Shown here piece after piece: positions 45,481-61,000 of a stretch of 64,000 nucleotides of DNA. The notes beneath the pieces are model-generated. The model made no database searches and was not told the origin of the DNA. It was given only the letters and a program-made list of their open reading frames with translations. A program made the position numbers and the translations under genes. The stretch's first letter is position 1, and each line of letters starts with the position of its first letter. This DNA comes from the human T2T-CHM13v2.0 reference genome, Homo sapiens: NCBI RefSeq assembly GCF_009914755.1, contig NC_060925.1. One strand, 5' to 3'.

Positions 45481-46300
45481 GAATCATCATCGAATGGAAT
45501 CGAATGGAATCATCGAATGGACTCGAATGGAATAATCATTGAACGGAATCGAATGGAATCATCATCGGATGGAAACGAATGGAATCATCATCGAATGGAA
45601 ATGAAAGGAGTCATCATCTAATGGAATTGCATGGAATCATCATAAAATGGAATCGAATGGAATCAACATCAAATCGAATCAAACGGAATCATTGAACAGA
45701 ATTGAATGGAATCGTCATCGAATGAATTGACTGCAATCATCGAATGGTCTCGAATGGAATCATCTTCAAATGGAATGGAATGGAATCATCGCATAGAATC
45801 GAATGGAATTATCACCGAATGGAATCGAATGGAATCAACATCAAACGGAAAAAAACGGAATTATCGAATGGAATCGAAGAGAATCATCGAATGGACCCGA
45901 ATGGAATCATCTAATGGAATGGAATGGAATAATCCATGGACTCGAATGCAATCATCATCGAATGGAATCGAATGGAATCATCGAATGAACTCGAATGGAA
46001 TCATCATTGAATGGAATCGAATGGCATCATCGAGTGGAATCGAATGGAATTATGATCAAATGGAATCGAATGTAATCATCATCAAATGGAATCAAAAATA
46101 ACCATCATCAATTGGTATTGAATGGAATTGTCATCAAATGGAATTCAAAGGAATCATCATCAAATGGAACCGAATGGAATCCTCATTGAATGGAAATGAA
46201 AGGGGTCATCATCTAATGGAATCGCATGGAATCATCATCAAATGGAATCGAATGGAATCATCATCAAATGGAATCTAATGGAATCATTGAACAGAATTGA
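45481..46300 (+). repeat. Doubly deleted segment (393-bp deletion near 45490 plus the 713-bp deletion near 45987)
   Basis: Landmark spacing 44827 to 47273 is 2446 = 2x1776 - 393 - 713. Both junctions are visible in the sequence. Confidence 0.86.
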
Positions 46301-49300
46301 ATGGAATCGTCATCGAATGAATTGAATGCAATCATCGAATGGTCTCGAATGGAATCATCTTCTAATGGAAAGGAATGGAATCATCGCATAGAATCGAATG
46401 GAATTATCATCGAATGGAATCGAATGGTATCAACACCAAACGGAAAAAAACGGAATTATCGAATGGAATCGAAGAGAATCTTCGAACGGACCCGAATGGA
46501 ATCATCTAATGGAATGGAATGGAATAATCCATGGACTCGAATGCAATCATCATCGAATGGAATCGAATGGAATCATCGAATGGACTCGAATGGAATAATC
46601 ATTGAACGGAATCGAATGGAATCATCATCGGATGGAAACGAATGGAATCATCATCGAATGGAAATGAAAGGAGTCATCATCTAATGGAATTGCATGGAAT
46701 CATCATAAAATGGAATCGAATGGAATCAACATCAAATGGAATCAAATGGAATCATTGAACGGAATTGAATGGAATCGTCATCGAATGAATTGACTGCAAT
46801 CATCGAATGGTCTCGAATGGAATCATCTTCAAATGGAATGGAATGGAATCATCGCATAGAATCGAATGGAATTATCATCGAATGGAATGGAATGGAATCA
46901 ACATCAAACGGAAAAAAACGGAATTATCGAATGGAATCGAAGAGAATCATCGAATGGACCCGAATGGAATCATCTAATGGAATGGAATGGAATAATCCAT
47001 GGACTCGAATGCAATCATCATCGAATGGAATCGAATGGAATCATCGAATGGACTCGAATGGAATAATCATTGAACAGAATCGAATGGAATCATCATCGGA
47101 TGGAAATGAATGGAATCATCATCGAATGGAATCGAATAGAATTATGGAATGAAATCCAGTGTGATCATCATCGAATGGACCCGAATGGAATCATCATCCA
47201 ACGGAAGCTAATGGAATCAACATCGAATGAATCGAATGGAAACACCATCGAATTGAAACGAATGGAATTATCATGAAATTGAAATGGATGGACTCATCAT
47301 CGAATGGATTCGAATGGAATCATCGAATAAAATTGATTGAAATCATCATCGAATGGAATCGAATGGTATCATTGAATGGAATCGAATGGAATCATCATCA
47401 GATGGAAATGAATGGAATCGTCATAGAATGGAATCGAATGGATTCATTGAATGGAATCAGATGGAATCATCGAATGGACTGGAATGGAATCATTGAATGG
47501 ACTTGAAAGGGATCATAATTGAATGGAATTGAATGGAATCATCGAATGGTCTCGATTGGAATCATTATCAAATGGAATCGAATGGAATCACCGAATAGAA
47601 TCGAATGGAACAATCATCGAATGGACTCAAATGGAATTATCCTCAAATGGAATCGAATGGAATTATCGAATGCAATCAAATGGAATTATCGAATGCAATC
47701 GAATAGAATCATCGAATGGACTCGAATGGAATCATCGAATGGAATGGAATGGAACAGTCAATGAACACGAATGGAATCATCATTGAATGGAATCGAATGG
47801 AATCATCGAGTGGAATCGAATGGAATTATGATCAAATGGAATCGAATGTAATCATCATCAAATGGAATCAAAAATAACCATCATCAATTGGTATTGAATG
47901 GAATTGTCATCAAATGGAATTCAAAGGAATCATCATCAAATGGAACCGAATGGAATCCTCATTGAATGGAAATGAAAGGGGTCATCATCTTATGGAATCG
48001 CATGGAATCATCATCAAATGGAATCGAATGGAATCATCATCAAATGGAATCTAATGGAATCATTGAACAGAATTGAATGGAATCGTCATCGAATGAATTG
48101 AATGCAATCATCGAATGGTCTCGAATGGAATCATCTTCTAATGGAAAGGAATGGAATCATCGCATAGAATCGAATGGAATTATCATCGAATGGAATCGAA
48201 TGGTATCAACACCAAACGGAAAAAAACGGAATTATCGAATGGAATCGAAGAGAATCTTCGAACGGACCCGAATGGAATCATCTAATGGAATGGAATGGAA
48301 TAATCCATGGACTCGAATGCAATCATCATCGAATGGAATCGAATGGAATCATCGAATGGACTCGAATGGAATAATCATTGAAAGGAATCGAATGGAATCA
48401 TCATCGGATGGAAACGAATGGAATCATCATCGAATGGAAATGAAAGGAGTCATCATCTAATGCAATTGCATGGAATCATCATCAAATGGAATCGAATGGA
48501 ATCAACATCAAATGGAATCTAATGGAATCATTGAACAGAATTGAATGGAATCGTCATCGAATGAATTGACTGCAATCATCGAATGGTCTCGAATGGAATC
48601 ATCTTCAAATGGAATGGAATGGAATCATCGCATAGAATCGAATGGAATTATCATCGAATGGAATCGAATGGAATCAACATCAAACGGAAAAAAACGGAAT
48701 TATCGAATGGAATCGAAGAGAATCATCGAATGGACCCGAATGGAATCATCTAATGGAATGGAATGGAATAATCCATGGACTCGAATGCAATCATCATCGA
48801 ATGGAATCGAATGGAATCATCGAGTGGACTCGAATGGAATAATCATTGAACGGAATCGAATGGAATCATCATCGGATGGAAATGAATGGAATCATCATCG
48901 AATGGAATCGAATAGAATTATGGAATTAAATCCAGTGTGATCATCATCGAATGGACCCGAATGGAATCATCATCCAACGGAAGCTAATGGAATCAACATC
49001 GAATGAATCGAATGGAAACACCATCGAATTGAAACGAATGGAATTATCATGAAATTGAAATGGATGGACTCATCATCGAATGGATTCGAATGGAATCATC
49101 GAATAAAATTGATTGAAATCATCATCGAATGGAATCGAATGGTATCATTGAGTGGAATCGAATGGAATCATCATCAGATGGAAATGAATGGAATCGTCAT
49201 AGAATGGAATCGAATGGATTCATTGAATGGAATCAGATGGAATCATCGAATGGACTGGAATGGAATCATTGAATGGACTCGAAAGGGATCATGATTGAAT

Positions 49301-52300
49301 GGAATTGAATGGAATCATCGAATGGTCTCGATTGGAATCATTATCAAATGGAATCGAATGGAATCACCGAATAGAATCGAATGGAACAATCATCGAATGG
49401 ACTCAAATGGAATTATCCTCAAATGGAATCGAATGGAATTATTGAATGCAATCGAATGGAATTATCGAATGCAATCGAATAGAATCATCGAATGGACTCG
49501 AATGGAATCATCGAATGGAATGGAATGGAACAGTCAATGAACTCGAATGGAATCATCATTGAATGGAATCGAATGGAATCATCGAGTGGAATCGAATGGA
49601 ATTATGATCAAATGCAATCGAATGTAATCCTCATCAAATGGAATCAAAAATAACCATCATCAATTGGTATTGAATGGAATTGTCATCAAATGGAATTCAA
49701 AGGAATCATCATCAAATGGAACCGAATGGAATCCTCATTGAATGGAAATGAAAGGGGTCATCATCTAATGGAATCGCATGGAATCATCATCAAATGGAAT
49801 CGAATGGAATCATCATCAAATGGAATCTAATGGAATCATTGAACAGAATTGAATGGAATCGTCATCGAATGAATTGAATGCAATCATCGAATGGTCTCGA
49901 ATGGAATCATCTTCTAATGGAAAGGAATGGAATCATCGCATAGAATCGAATGGAATTATCATCGAATGGAATCGAATGGTATCAACACCAAACGGAAAAA
50001 AACGGAATTATCGAATGGAATCGAAGAGAATCTTCGAACGGACCCGAATGGAATCATCTAATGGAATGGAATGGAATAATCCATGGACTCGAATGCAATC
50101 ATCATCGAATGGAATCGAATGGAATCATCGAATGGACTCGAATGGAATAATCATTGAACGGAATCGAATGGAATCATCATCGGATGGAAACGAATGGAAT
50201 CATCATCGAATGGAAATGAAAGGAGTCATCATCTAATGGAATTGCATGGAATCATCATAAAATGGAATCGAATGGAATCAACATCAAATGGAATCAAATG
50301 GAATCATTGAACGGAATTGAATGGAATCGTCATCGAATGAATTGACTGCAATCATCGAATGGTCTCGAATGGAATCATCTTCAAATGGAATGGAATGGAA
50401 TCATCGCATAGAATCGAATGGAATTATCATCGAATGGAATGGAATGGAATCAACATCAAACGGAAAAAAACGGAATTATCGAATGGAATCGAAGAGAATC
50501 ATCGAATGGACCCGAATGGAATCATCTAATGGAATGGAATGGAATAATCCATGGACTCGAATGCAATCATCATCCAATGGAATCGAATGGAATCATCGAA
50601 TGGACTCGAATGGAATAATCATTGAACGGAATCGAATGGAATCATCATCGGATGGAAATGAATGGAATCATCATCGAATGGAATCGAATAGAATTATGGA
50701 ATGAAATCCAGTGTGATCATCATCGAATGGACCCGAATGGAATCATCATCCAACGGAAGCTAATGGAATCAACATCGAATGAATCGAATGGAAACACCAT
50801 CGAATTGAAACGAATGGAATTATCATGAAATTGAAATGGATGGACTCATCATCGAATGGATTCGAATGGAATCATCGAATAAAATTGATTGAAATCATCA
50901 TCGAATGGAATCGAATGGTATCATTGAATGGAATCGAATGGAATCATCATCAGATGGAAATGAATGGAATCGTCATAGAATGGAATCGAATGGATTCATT
51001 GAATGGAATCAGATGGAATCATCGAATGGACTGGAATGGAATCATTGAATGGACTTGAAAGGGATCATGATTGAATGGAATTGAATGGAATCATCGAATG
51101 GTCTCGATTGGAATCATTATCAAATGGAATCGAATGGAATCACCGAATAGAATCGAATGGAACAATCATCGAATGGACTCAAATGGAATTATCCTCAAAT
51201 GGAATCGAATGGAATTATCGAATGCAATCGAATGGAATTATCGAATGCAATCGAATAGAATCATCGAATGGACTCGAATGGAATCATCGAATGGAATGGA
51301 ATGGAACAGTCAATGAACACGAATGGAATCATCATTGAATGGAATCGAATGGAATCATCGAGTGGAATCGAATGGAATTATGATCAAATGGAATCGAATG
51401 TAATCATCATCAAATGGAATCAAAAATAACCATCATCAATTGGTATTGAATGGAATTGTCATCAAATGGAATTCAAAGGAATCATCATCAAATGGAACCG
51501 AATGGAATCCTCATTGAATGGAAATGAAAGGGGTCATCATCTTATGGAATCGCATGGAATCATCATCAAATGGAATCGAATGGAATCATCATCAAATGGA
51601 ATCTAATGGAATCATTGAACAGAATTGAATGGAATCGTCATCGAATGAATTGAATGCAATCATCGAATGGTCTCGAATGGAATCATCTTCTAATGGAAAG
51701 GAATGGAATCATCGCATAGAATCGAATGGAATTATCATCGAATGGAATCGAATGGTATCAACACCAAACGGAAAAAAACGGAATTATCGAATGGAATCGA
51801 AGAGAATCTTCGAACGGACCCGAATGGAATCATCTAATGGAATGGAATGGAATAATCCATGGACTCGAATGCAATCATCATCGAATGGAATCGAATGGAA
51901 TCATCGAATGGACTCGAATGGAATAATCATTGAAAGGAATCGAATGGAATCATCATCGGATGGAAACGAATGGAATCATCATCGAATGGAAATGAAAGGA
52001 GTCATCATCTAATGCAATTGCATGGAATCATCATCAAATGGAATCGAATGGAATCAACATCAAATGGAATCTAATGGAATCATTGAACAGAATTGAATGG
52101 AATCGTCATCGAATGAATTGACTGCAATCATCGAATGGTCTCGAATGGAATCATCTTCAAATGGAATGGAATGGAATCATCGCATAGAATCGAATGGAAT
52201 TATCATCGAATGGAATCGAATGGAATCAACATCAAACGGAAAAAAACGGAATTATCGAATGGAATCGAAGAGAATCATCGAATGGACCCGAATGGAATCA

Positions 52301-53404
52301 TCTAATGGAATGGAATGGAATAATCCATGGACTCGAATGCAATCATCATCGAATGGAATCGAATGGAATCATCGAGTGGACTCGAATGGAATAATCATTG
52401 AACGGAATCGAATGGAATCATCATCGGATGGAAATGAATGGAATCATCATCGAATGGAATCGAATAGAATTATGGAATTAAATCCAGTGTGATCATCATC
52501 GAATGGACCCGAATGGAATCATCATCCAACGGAAGCTAATGGAATCAACATCGAATGAATCAAATGGAAACACCATCGAATTGAAACGAATGGAATTATC
52601 ATGAAATTGAAATGGATGGACTCATCATCGAATGGATTCGAATGGAATCATCGAATAAAATTGATTGAAATCATCATCGAATGGAATCGAATGGTATCAT
52701 TGAATGGAATCGAATGGAATCATCATCAGATGGAAATGAATGGAATCGTCATAGAATGGAATCGAATGGATTCATTGAATGGAATCAGATGGAATCATCG
52801 AATGGACTGGAATGGAATCATTGAATGGACTCGAAAGGGATCATGATTGAATGGAATTGAATGGAATCATCGAATGGTCTCGATTGGAATCATTATCAAA
52901 TGGAATCGAATGGAATCACCGAATAGAATCGAATGGAACAATCATCGAATGGACTCAAATGGAATTATCCTCCAATGGAATCGAATGGAATTATCGAATG
53001 CAATCGAATGGAATTATCGAATGCAATCGAATAGAATCATCGAATGGACTCGAATGGAATCATCGAATGGAATGGAATGGAACAGTCAATGAACTCGAAT
53101 GGAATCATCATTGAATGGAATCGAATGGAATCATCGAGTGGAATCGAATGGAATTATGATCAAATGCAATCGAATGTAATCCTCATCAAATGGAATCAAA
53201 AATAACCATCATCAATTGGTATTGAATGGAATTGTCATCAAATGGAATTCAAAGGAATCATCATCAAATGGAACCGAATGGAATCCTCATTGAATGGAAA
53301 TGAAAGGGGTCATCATCTAATGGAATCGCATGGAATCATCATCAAATGGAATCGAATGGAATCATCATCAAATGGAATCTAATGGAATCATTGAACAGAA
53401 TTGA
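46301..53404 (+). repeat. 3552-bp (two-unit) tandem duplication
   Basis: Private alleles recur at offset 3552: ggaatggaatggaatcaac (units 46769/50321), ggacttgaaa (about 47503/51055), catcttatgg (about 47990/51542), cattgaaagg (about 48382/51934) and cgagtggact (units 48545/52097). Confidence 0.88.
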
Positions 53405-54467
53405 ATGGAATCGTCATCGAATGAATTGAATGCAATCATCGAATGGTCTCGAATGGAATCATCTTCTAATGGAAAGGAATGGAATCATCGCATAGAATCG
53501 AATGGAATTATCATCGAATGGAATCGAATGGTATCAACACCAAACGGAAAAAAACGGAATTATCGAATGGAATCGAAGAGAATCTTCGAACGGACCCGAA
53601 TGGAATCATCTAATGGAATGGAATGGAATAATCCATGGACTCGAATGCAATCATCATCGAATGGAATCGAATGGAATCATCGAATGGACTCGAATGGAAT
53701 AATCATTGAACGGAATCGAATGGAATCATCATCGGATGGAAACGAATGGAATCATCATCGAATGGAAATGAAAGGAGTCATCATCTAATGGAATTGCATG
53801 GAATCATCATAAAATGGAATCGAATGGAATCAACATCAAATCGAATCAAACGGAATCATTGAACAGAATTGAATGGAATCGTCATCGAATGAATTGACTG
53901 CAATCATCGAATGGTCTCGAATGGAATCATCTTCAAATGGAATGGAATGGAATCATCGCATAGAATCGAATGGAATTATCACCGAATGGAATCGAATGGA
54001 ATCAACATCAAACGGAAAAAAACGGAATTATCGAATGGAATCGAAGAGAATCATCGAATGGACCCGAATGGAATCATCTAATGGAATGGAATGGAATAAT
54101 CCATGGACTCGAATGCAATCATCATCGAATGGAATCGAATGGAATCATCGAATGAACTCGAATGGAATCATCATTGAATGGAATCGAATGGAATCATCGA
54201 GTGGAATCGAATGGAATTATGATCAAATGGAATCGAATGTAATCATCATCCAATGGAATCAAAAATAACCATCATCAATTGGTATTGAATGGAATTGTCA
54301 TCAAATGGAATTCTAAGGAATCATCATCAAATGGAACCGAATGGAATCCTCATTGAATGGCAATGAAAGGGGTCATCATCTAATGGAATCGCATGGAATC
54401 ATCATCAAATGGAATCGAATGGAATCATCATCAAATGGAATCTAATGGAATCATTGAACAGAATTGA
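53405..54467 (+). repeat. 1063-bp truncated unit (713-bp deletion), copy 3
   Basis: The same junction occurs near 54154. Landmark spacing 52601 to 55440 is 2839. Confidence 0.88.
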
Positions 54468-57400
54468 ATGGAATCGTCATCGAATGAATTGAATGCAATC
54501 ATCGAATGGTCTCGAATGGAATCATCTTCTAATGGAAAGGAATGGAATCATCGCATAGAATCGAATGGAATTATCATCGAATGGAATCGAATGGTATCAA
54601 CACCAAACGGAAAAAAACGGAATTATCGAATGGAATCGAAGAGAATCTTCGAACGGACCCGAATGGAATCATCTAATGGAATGGAATGGAATAATCCATG
54701 GACTCGAATGCAATCATCATCGAATGGAATCGAATGGAATCATCGAATGGACTCGAATGGAATAATCATTGAACGGAATCGAATGGAATCATCATCGGAT
54801 GGAAACGAATGGAATCATCATCGAATGGAAATGAAAGGAGTCATCATCTAATGGAATTGCATGGAATCATCATAAAATGGAATCGAATGGAATCAACATC
54901 AAATGGAATCAAATGGAATCATTGAACGGAATTGAATGGAATCGTCATCGAATGAATTGACTGCAATCATCGAATGGTCTCGAATGGAATCATCTTCAAA
55001 TGGAATGGAATGGAATCATCGCATAGAATCGAATGGAATTATCATCGAATGGAATCGAATGGAATCAACATCAAACGGAAAAAAACGGAATTATCGAATG
55101 GAATCGAAGAGAATCATCGAATGGACCCGAATGGAATCATCTAATGGAATGGAATGGAATAATCCATGGACTCGAATGCAATCATCATCGAATGGAATCG
55201 AATGGAATCATCGAATGGACTCGAATGGAATAATCATTGAACGGAATCGAATGGAATCATCATCGGATGGAAATGAATGGAATCATCATCGAATGGAATC
55301 GAATAGAATTATGGAATGAAATCCAGTGTGATCATCATCGAATGGACCCGAATGGAATCATCATCCAACGGAAGCTAATGGAATCAACATCCAATGAATC
55401 GAATGGAAACACCATCGAATTGAAACGAATGGAATTATCATGAAATTGAAATGGATGGACTCATCATCGAATGGATTCGAATGGAATCATCGAATAAAAT
55501 TGATTGAAATCATCATCCAATGGAATCGAATGGTATCATTGAATGGAATCGAATGGAATCATCATCAGATGGAAATGAATGGAATCGTCATAGAATGGAA
55601 TCGAATGGATTCATTGAATGGAATCAGATGGAATCATCGAATGGACTGGAATGGAATCATTGAATGGACTCGAAAGGGATCATTATTGAATGGAATTGAA
55701 TGGAATCATCGAATGGTCTCGATTGGAATCATTATCAAATGGAATCGAATGGAATCACCGAATAGAATCGAATGGAACAATCATCGAATGGACTCAAATG
55801 GAATTATCCTCCAATGGAATCGAATGGAATTATCGAATGCAATCGAATGGAATTATCGAATGCAATCGAATAGAATCATCGAATGGACTCGAATGGAATC
55901 ATCGAATGGAATGGAATGGAACAGTCAATGAACTCGAATGGAATCATCATTGAATGGAATCGAATGGAATGATCGAGTGGAATCGAAAGAAATTATGATC
56001 AAATGGAAACGAACGTAATCATCATCAAATGGAATCAAAAATAACCATCATCAATTGGTATTGAATGGAATTGTCATCAAATGGAATTCAAAGGAATCAT
56101 CATCAAATGGAACCGAATGGAATCCTCATTGAATGGAAATGAAAGGGGTCATCATCTAATGGAATCGCATGGAATCATCATCAAATGGAATCGAATGGAA
56201 TCATCATCAAATGGAATCTAATGGAATCATTGAACAGAATTGAATGGAATCGTCATCGAATGAATTGAATGCAATCATCGAATGGTCTCGAATGGAATCA
56301 TCTTCTAATGGAAAGGAATGGAATCATCGCATAGAATCGAATGGAATTATCATCGAATGGAATCGAATGGTATCAACACCAAACGGAAAAAAACGGAATT
56401 ATCGAATGGAATCGAAGAGAATCTTCGAACGGACCCGAATGGAATCATCTAATGGAATGGAATGGAATAATCCATGGACTCGAATGCAATCATCATCGAA
56501 TGGAATGGAATGGAATCATCGAATGGACTCGAATGGAATAATCATTGAACGGAATCGAATGGAATCATCATCGGATGGAAACGAATGGAATCATCATCGA
56601 ATGGAAATGAAAGGAGTCATCATCTAATGGAATTGCATGGAATCATCATAAAATGGAATCGAATGGAATCAACATCAAATGGAATCAAATGGAATCATTG
56701 AACGAAATTGAATGGAATCGTCATCGAATGAATTGAATGCAATCATCGAATGGTCTCGAATGGAATCATCTTCAAATGGAATGGAATGGAATCATCGCAT
56801 AGAATCGAATGGAATTATCATCGAATGGAATCGAATGGAATCAACATCAAACGGAAAAAAACGGAATTATCGAATGGAATCGAAGAGAATCATCGAATGG
56901 ACCCGAATGGAATCATCTAATGGAATGGAATGGAATAATCCATGGACTCGAATGCAATCATCATCGAATGGAATCGAATGGAATCATCGAATGGACTCGA
57001 ATGGAATAATCATTGAACGGAATCGAATGGAATCATCATCGGATGGAAATGAATGGAATCATCATCGAATGGAATCGAATAGAATTATGGAATGAAATCC
57101 AGTGTGATCATCATCGAATGGACCCGAATGGAATCATCATCCAACGGAAGGTAATGGAATCAACATCGAATGAATCGAATGGAAACACCATCGAATTGTA
57201 ACGAATGGAATTATCATGAAATTGAAATGGATGGACTCATCATCGAATGGATTCGAATGGAATCATCGAATAAAATTGATTGAAATCATCATCCAATGGA
57301 ATCGAATGGTATCATTGAATGGAATCGAATGGAATCATCATCAGATGGAAATGAATGGAATCGTCATAGAATGGAATCGAATGGATTCATTGAATGGAAT

Positions 57401-58019
57401 CAGATGGAATCATCGAATGGACTGGAATGGAATCATTGAATGGACTCGAAAGGGATCATGATTGAATGGAATTGAATGGAATCATCGAATGGTCTCGATT
57501 GGAATCATTATCAAATGGAATGGAATGGAATCACCGAATAGAATCGAATGGAACAATCATCGAATGGACTCAAATGGAATTATCCTCCAATGGAATCGAA
57601 TGGAATTATCGAATGCAATCGAATGGAATTATCGAATGCAATCCAATAGAATCATCGAATGGACTCGAATGGAATCATCGAATGGAATGGAATGGAACAG
57701 TCAATGAACTCGAATGGAATCATCATTGAATGGAATCGAATGGAATCATCGAGTGGAATCGAATGGAATTATGATCAAATGGAATCGAATGTAATCCTCA
57801 TCAAATGGAATCAAAAATAACCATCATCAATTGGTATTGAATGGAATTGTCATCAAATGGAATTCAAAGGAATCATCATCAAATGGAACCGAATGGAATC
57901 CTCATTGAATGGAAATGAAAGGGGTCATCATCTAATGGAATCGCATGGAATCATCATCAAATGGAATCGAATGGAATCATCATCAAATGGAATCTAATGG
58001 AATCATTGAACAGAATTGA

Positions 58020-61000
58020 ATGGAATCGTCATCGAATGAATTGAATGCAATCATCGAATGGTCTCGAATGGATTCATCTTCTAATGGAAAGGAATGGAAT
58101 CATCGCATAGAATCGAATGGAATTATCATCGAATGGAATCGAATGGTATCAACACCAAACGGAAAAAAACGGAATTATCGAATGGAATCGAAGAGAATCT
58201 TCGAACGGACCCGAATGGAATCATCTAATGGAATGGAATGGAATAATCCATGGACTCGAATGCAATCATCATCGAATGGAATCGAATGGAATCATCGAAT
58301 GGACTCGAATGGAATAATCATTGAACGGAATCGATTGGAATCATCATCGGATGGAAACGAATGGAATCATCATCGAATGGAAATGAAAGGAGTCATCATC
58401 TAATGGAATTGCATGGAATCATCATAAAATGGAATCGAATGGAATCAACATCAAATGGAATCAAATGGAATCATTGAACGGAATTGAATGGAATCGTCAT
58501 CGAATGAATTGACTGCAATCATCCAATGGTCTCGAATGGAATCATCTTCAAATGGAATGGAATGGAATCATCGCATAGAATCGAATGGAATTATCATCGA
58601 ATGGAATCGAATGGAATCAACATCCAACGGAAAAAAACGGAATTATCGAATGGAATCGAAGAGAATCATCGAATGGACCCGAATGGAATCATGTAATGGA
58701 ATGGAATGGAATAATCCATGGACTCGAATGCAATCATCATCGAATGGAATCGAATGGAATCATCGAATGGACTCGAATGGAATAATCATTGAACGGAATC
58801 GAATGGAATCATCATCGGATGGAAATGAATGGAATCATCATCGAATGGAATCGAATAGAATTATGGAATGAAATCCAGTGTGATCATCATCGAATGGACC
58901 CGAATGGAATCATCATCCAACGGAAGCTAATGGAATCAACATCGAATGAATCAAATGGAAACACCATCGAATTGAAACGAATGGAATTATCATGAAATTG
59001 AAATGGATGGACTCATCATCGAATGGATTCGAATGGAATCATCGAATAAAATTGATTGAAATCATCATCGAATGGAATCGAATGGTATCATTGAATGGAA
59101 TCGAATGGAATCATCATCAGATGGAAATGAATGGAATCGTCATAGAATGGAATCGAATGGATTCATTGAATGGAATCAGATGGAATCATCGAATGGACTG
59201 GAATGGAATCATTGAATGGACTCGAAAGGGATCATGATTGAATGGAATTGAATGGAATCATCGAATGGTCTCGATTGGAATCATTATCAAATGGAATCGA
59301 ATGGAATCACCGAATAGAATCGAATGGAACAATCATCGAATGGACTCAAATGGAATTATCCTCAAATGGAATCGAATGGAATTATCGAATGCAATCGAAT
59401 GGAATTATCGAATGCAATCGAATAGAATCATCGAATGGACTCGAATGGAATCATCGAATGGAATGGAATGGAACAGTCAATGAACTCGAATGGAATCATC
59501 ATTGAATGGAATCGAATGGAATCATCGAGTGGAATCGAATGGAATTATGATCAAATGGAATCGAATGTAATCATCATCAAATGGAATCAAAAATAACCAT
59601 CATCAATTGGTATTGAATGGAATTGTCATCAAATGGAATTCAAAGGAATCAATATCAAATGGAACCGAATGGAATCCTCATTGAATGGAAATGAAAGGGG
59701 TCATCATCTAATGGAATCGCATGGAATCATCATCAAATGGAATCGAATGGAATCATCATCAAATGGAATCTAATGGAATCATTGAACAGAATTGAATGGA
59801 ATCGTCATCGAATGAATTGAATGCAATCATCGAATGGTCTCGAATGGAATCATCTTCTAATGGAAAGGAATGGAATCATCGCATAGAATCGAATGGAATT
59901 ATCATCGAATGGAATCGAATGGTATCAACACCAAACGGAAAAAAACGGAATTATCGAATGGAATCGAAGAGAATCTTCGAACGGACCCGAATGGAATCAT
60001 CTAATGGAATGGAATGGAATAATCCATGGACTCGAATGCAATCATCATCGAATGGAATCGAATGGAATCATCGAATGGACTCGAATGGAATAATCATTGA
60101 ACGGAATCGAATGGAATCATCATCGGATGGAAACGAATGGAATCATCATCGAATGGAAATGAAAGGAGTCATCATCTAATGGAATTGCATGGAATCATCA
60201 TAAAATGGAATCGAATGGAATCAACATCAAATGGAATCAAATGGAATCATTGAACGGAATTGAATGGAATCGTCATCGAATGAATTGACTGCAATCATCC
60301 AATGGTCTCGAATGGAATCATCTTCAAATGGAATGGAATGGAATCATCGCATAGAATCGAATGGAATTATCATCGAATGGAATCGAATGGAATCAACATC
60401 AAACGGAAAAAAACGGAATTATCGAATGGAATCGAAGAGAAACATCGAATGGACCCGAATGGAATCATCTAATGGAATGGAATGGAATAATCCATGGACT
60501 CGAATGCAATCATCATCGAATGGAATCGAATGGAATCATCGAATGGACTCGAATGGAATAATCATTGAACGGAATCGAATGGAATCATCATCGGATGGAA
60601 ATGAATGGAATCATCATCGAATGGAATCGAATAGAATTATGGAATGAAATCCAGTGTGATCATCATCGAATGGACCCGAATGGAATCATCATCCAACGGA
60701 AGCTAATGGAATCAACATCGAATGAATCGAATGGAAACACCATCGAATTGAAACGAATGGAATTATCATGAAATTGAAATAGATGGACTCATCATCGAAT
60801 GGATTCGAATGGAATCATCGAATAAAATTGATTGAAATCATCATCGAATGGAATCGAATGGTATCATTGAATGGAATCGAATGGAATCATCATCAGATGG
60901 AAATGAATGGAATCGTCATAGAATGGAATCGAATGGATTCATTGAATGGAATCAGATGGAATCATCGAATGGACTGGAATGGAATCATTGAATGGACTCG

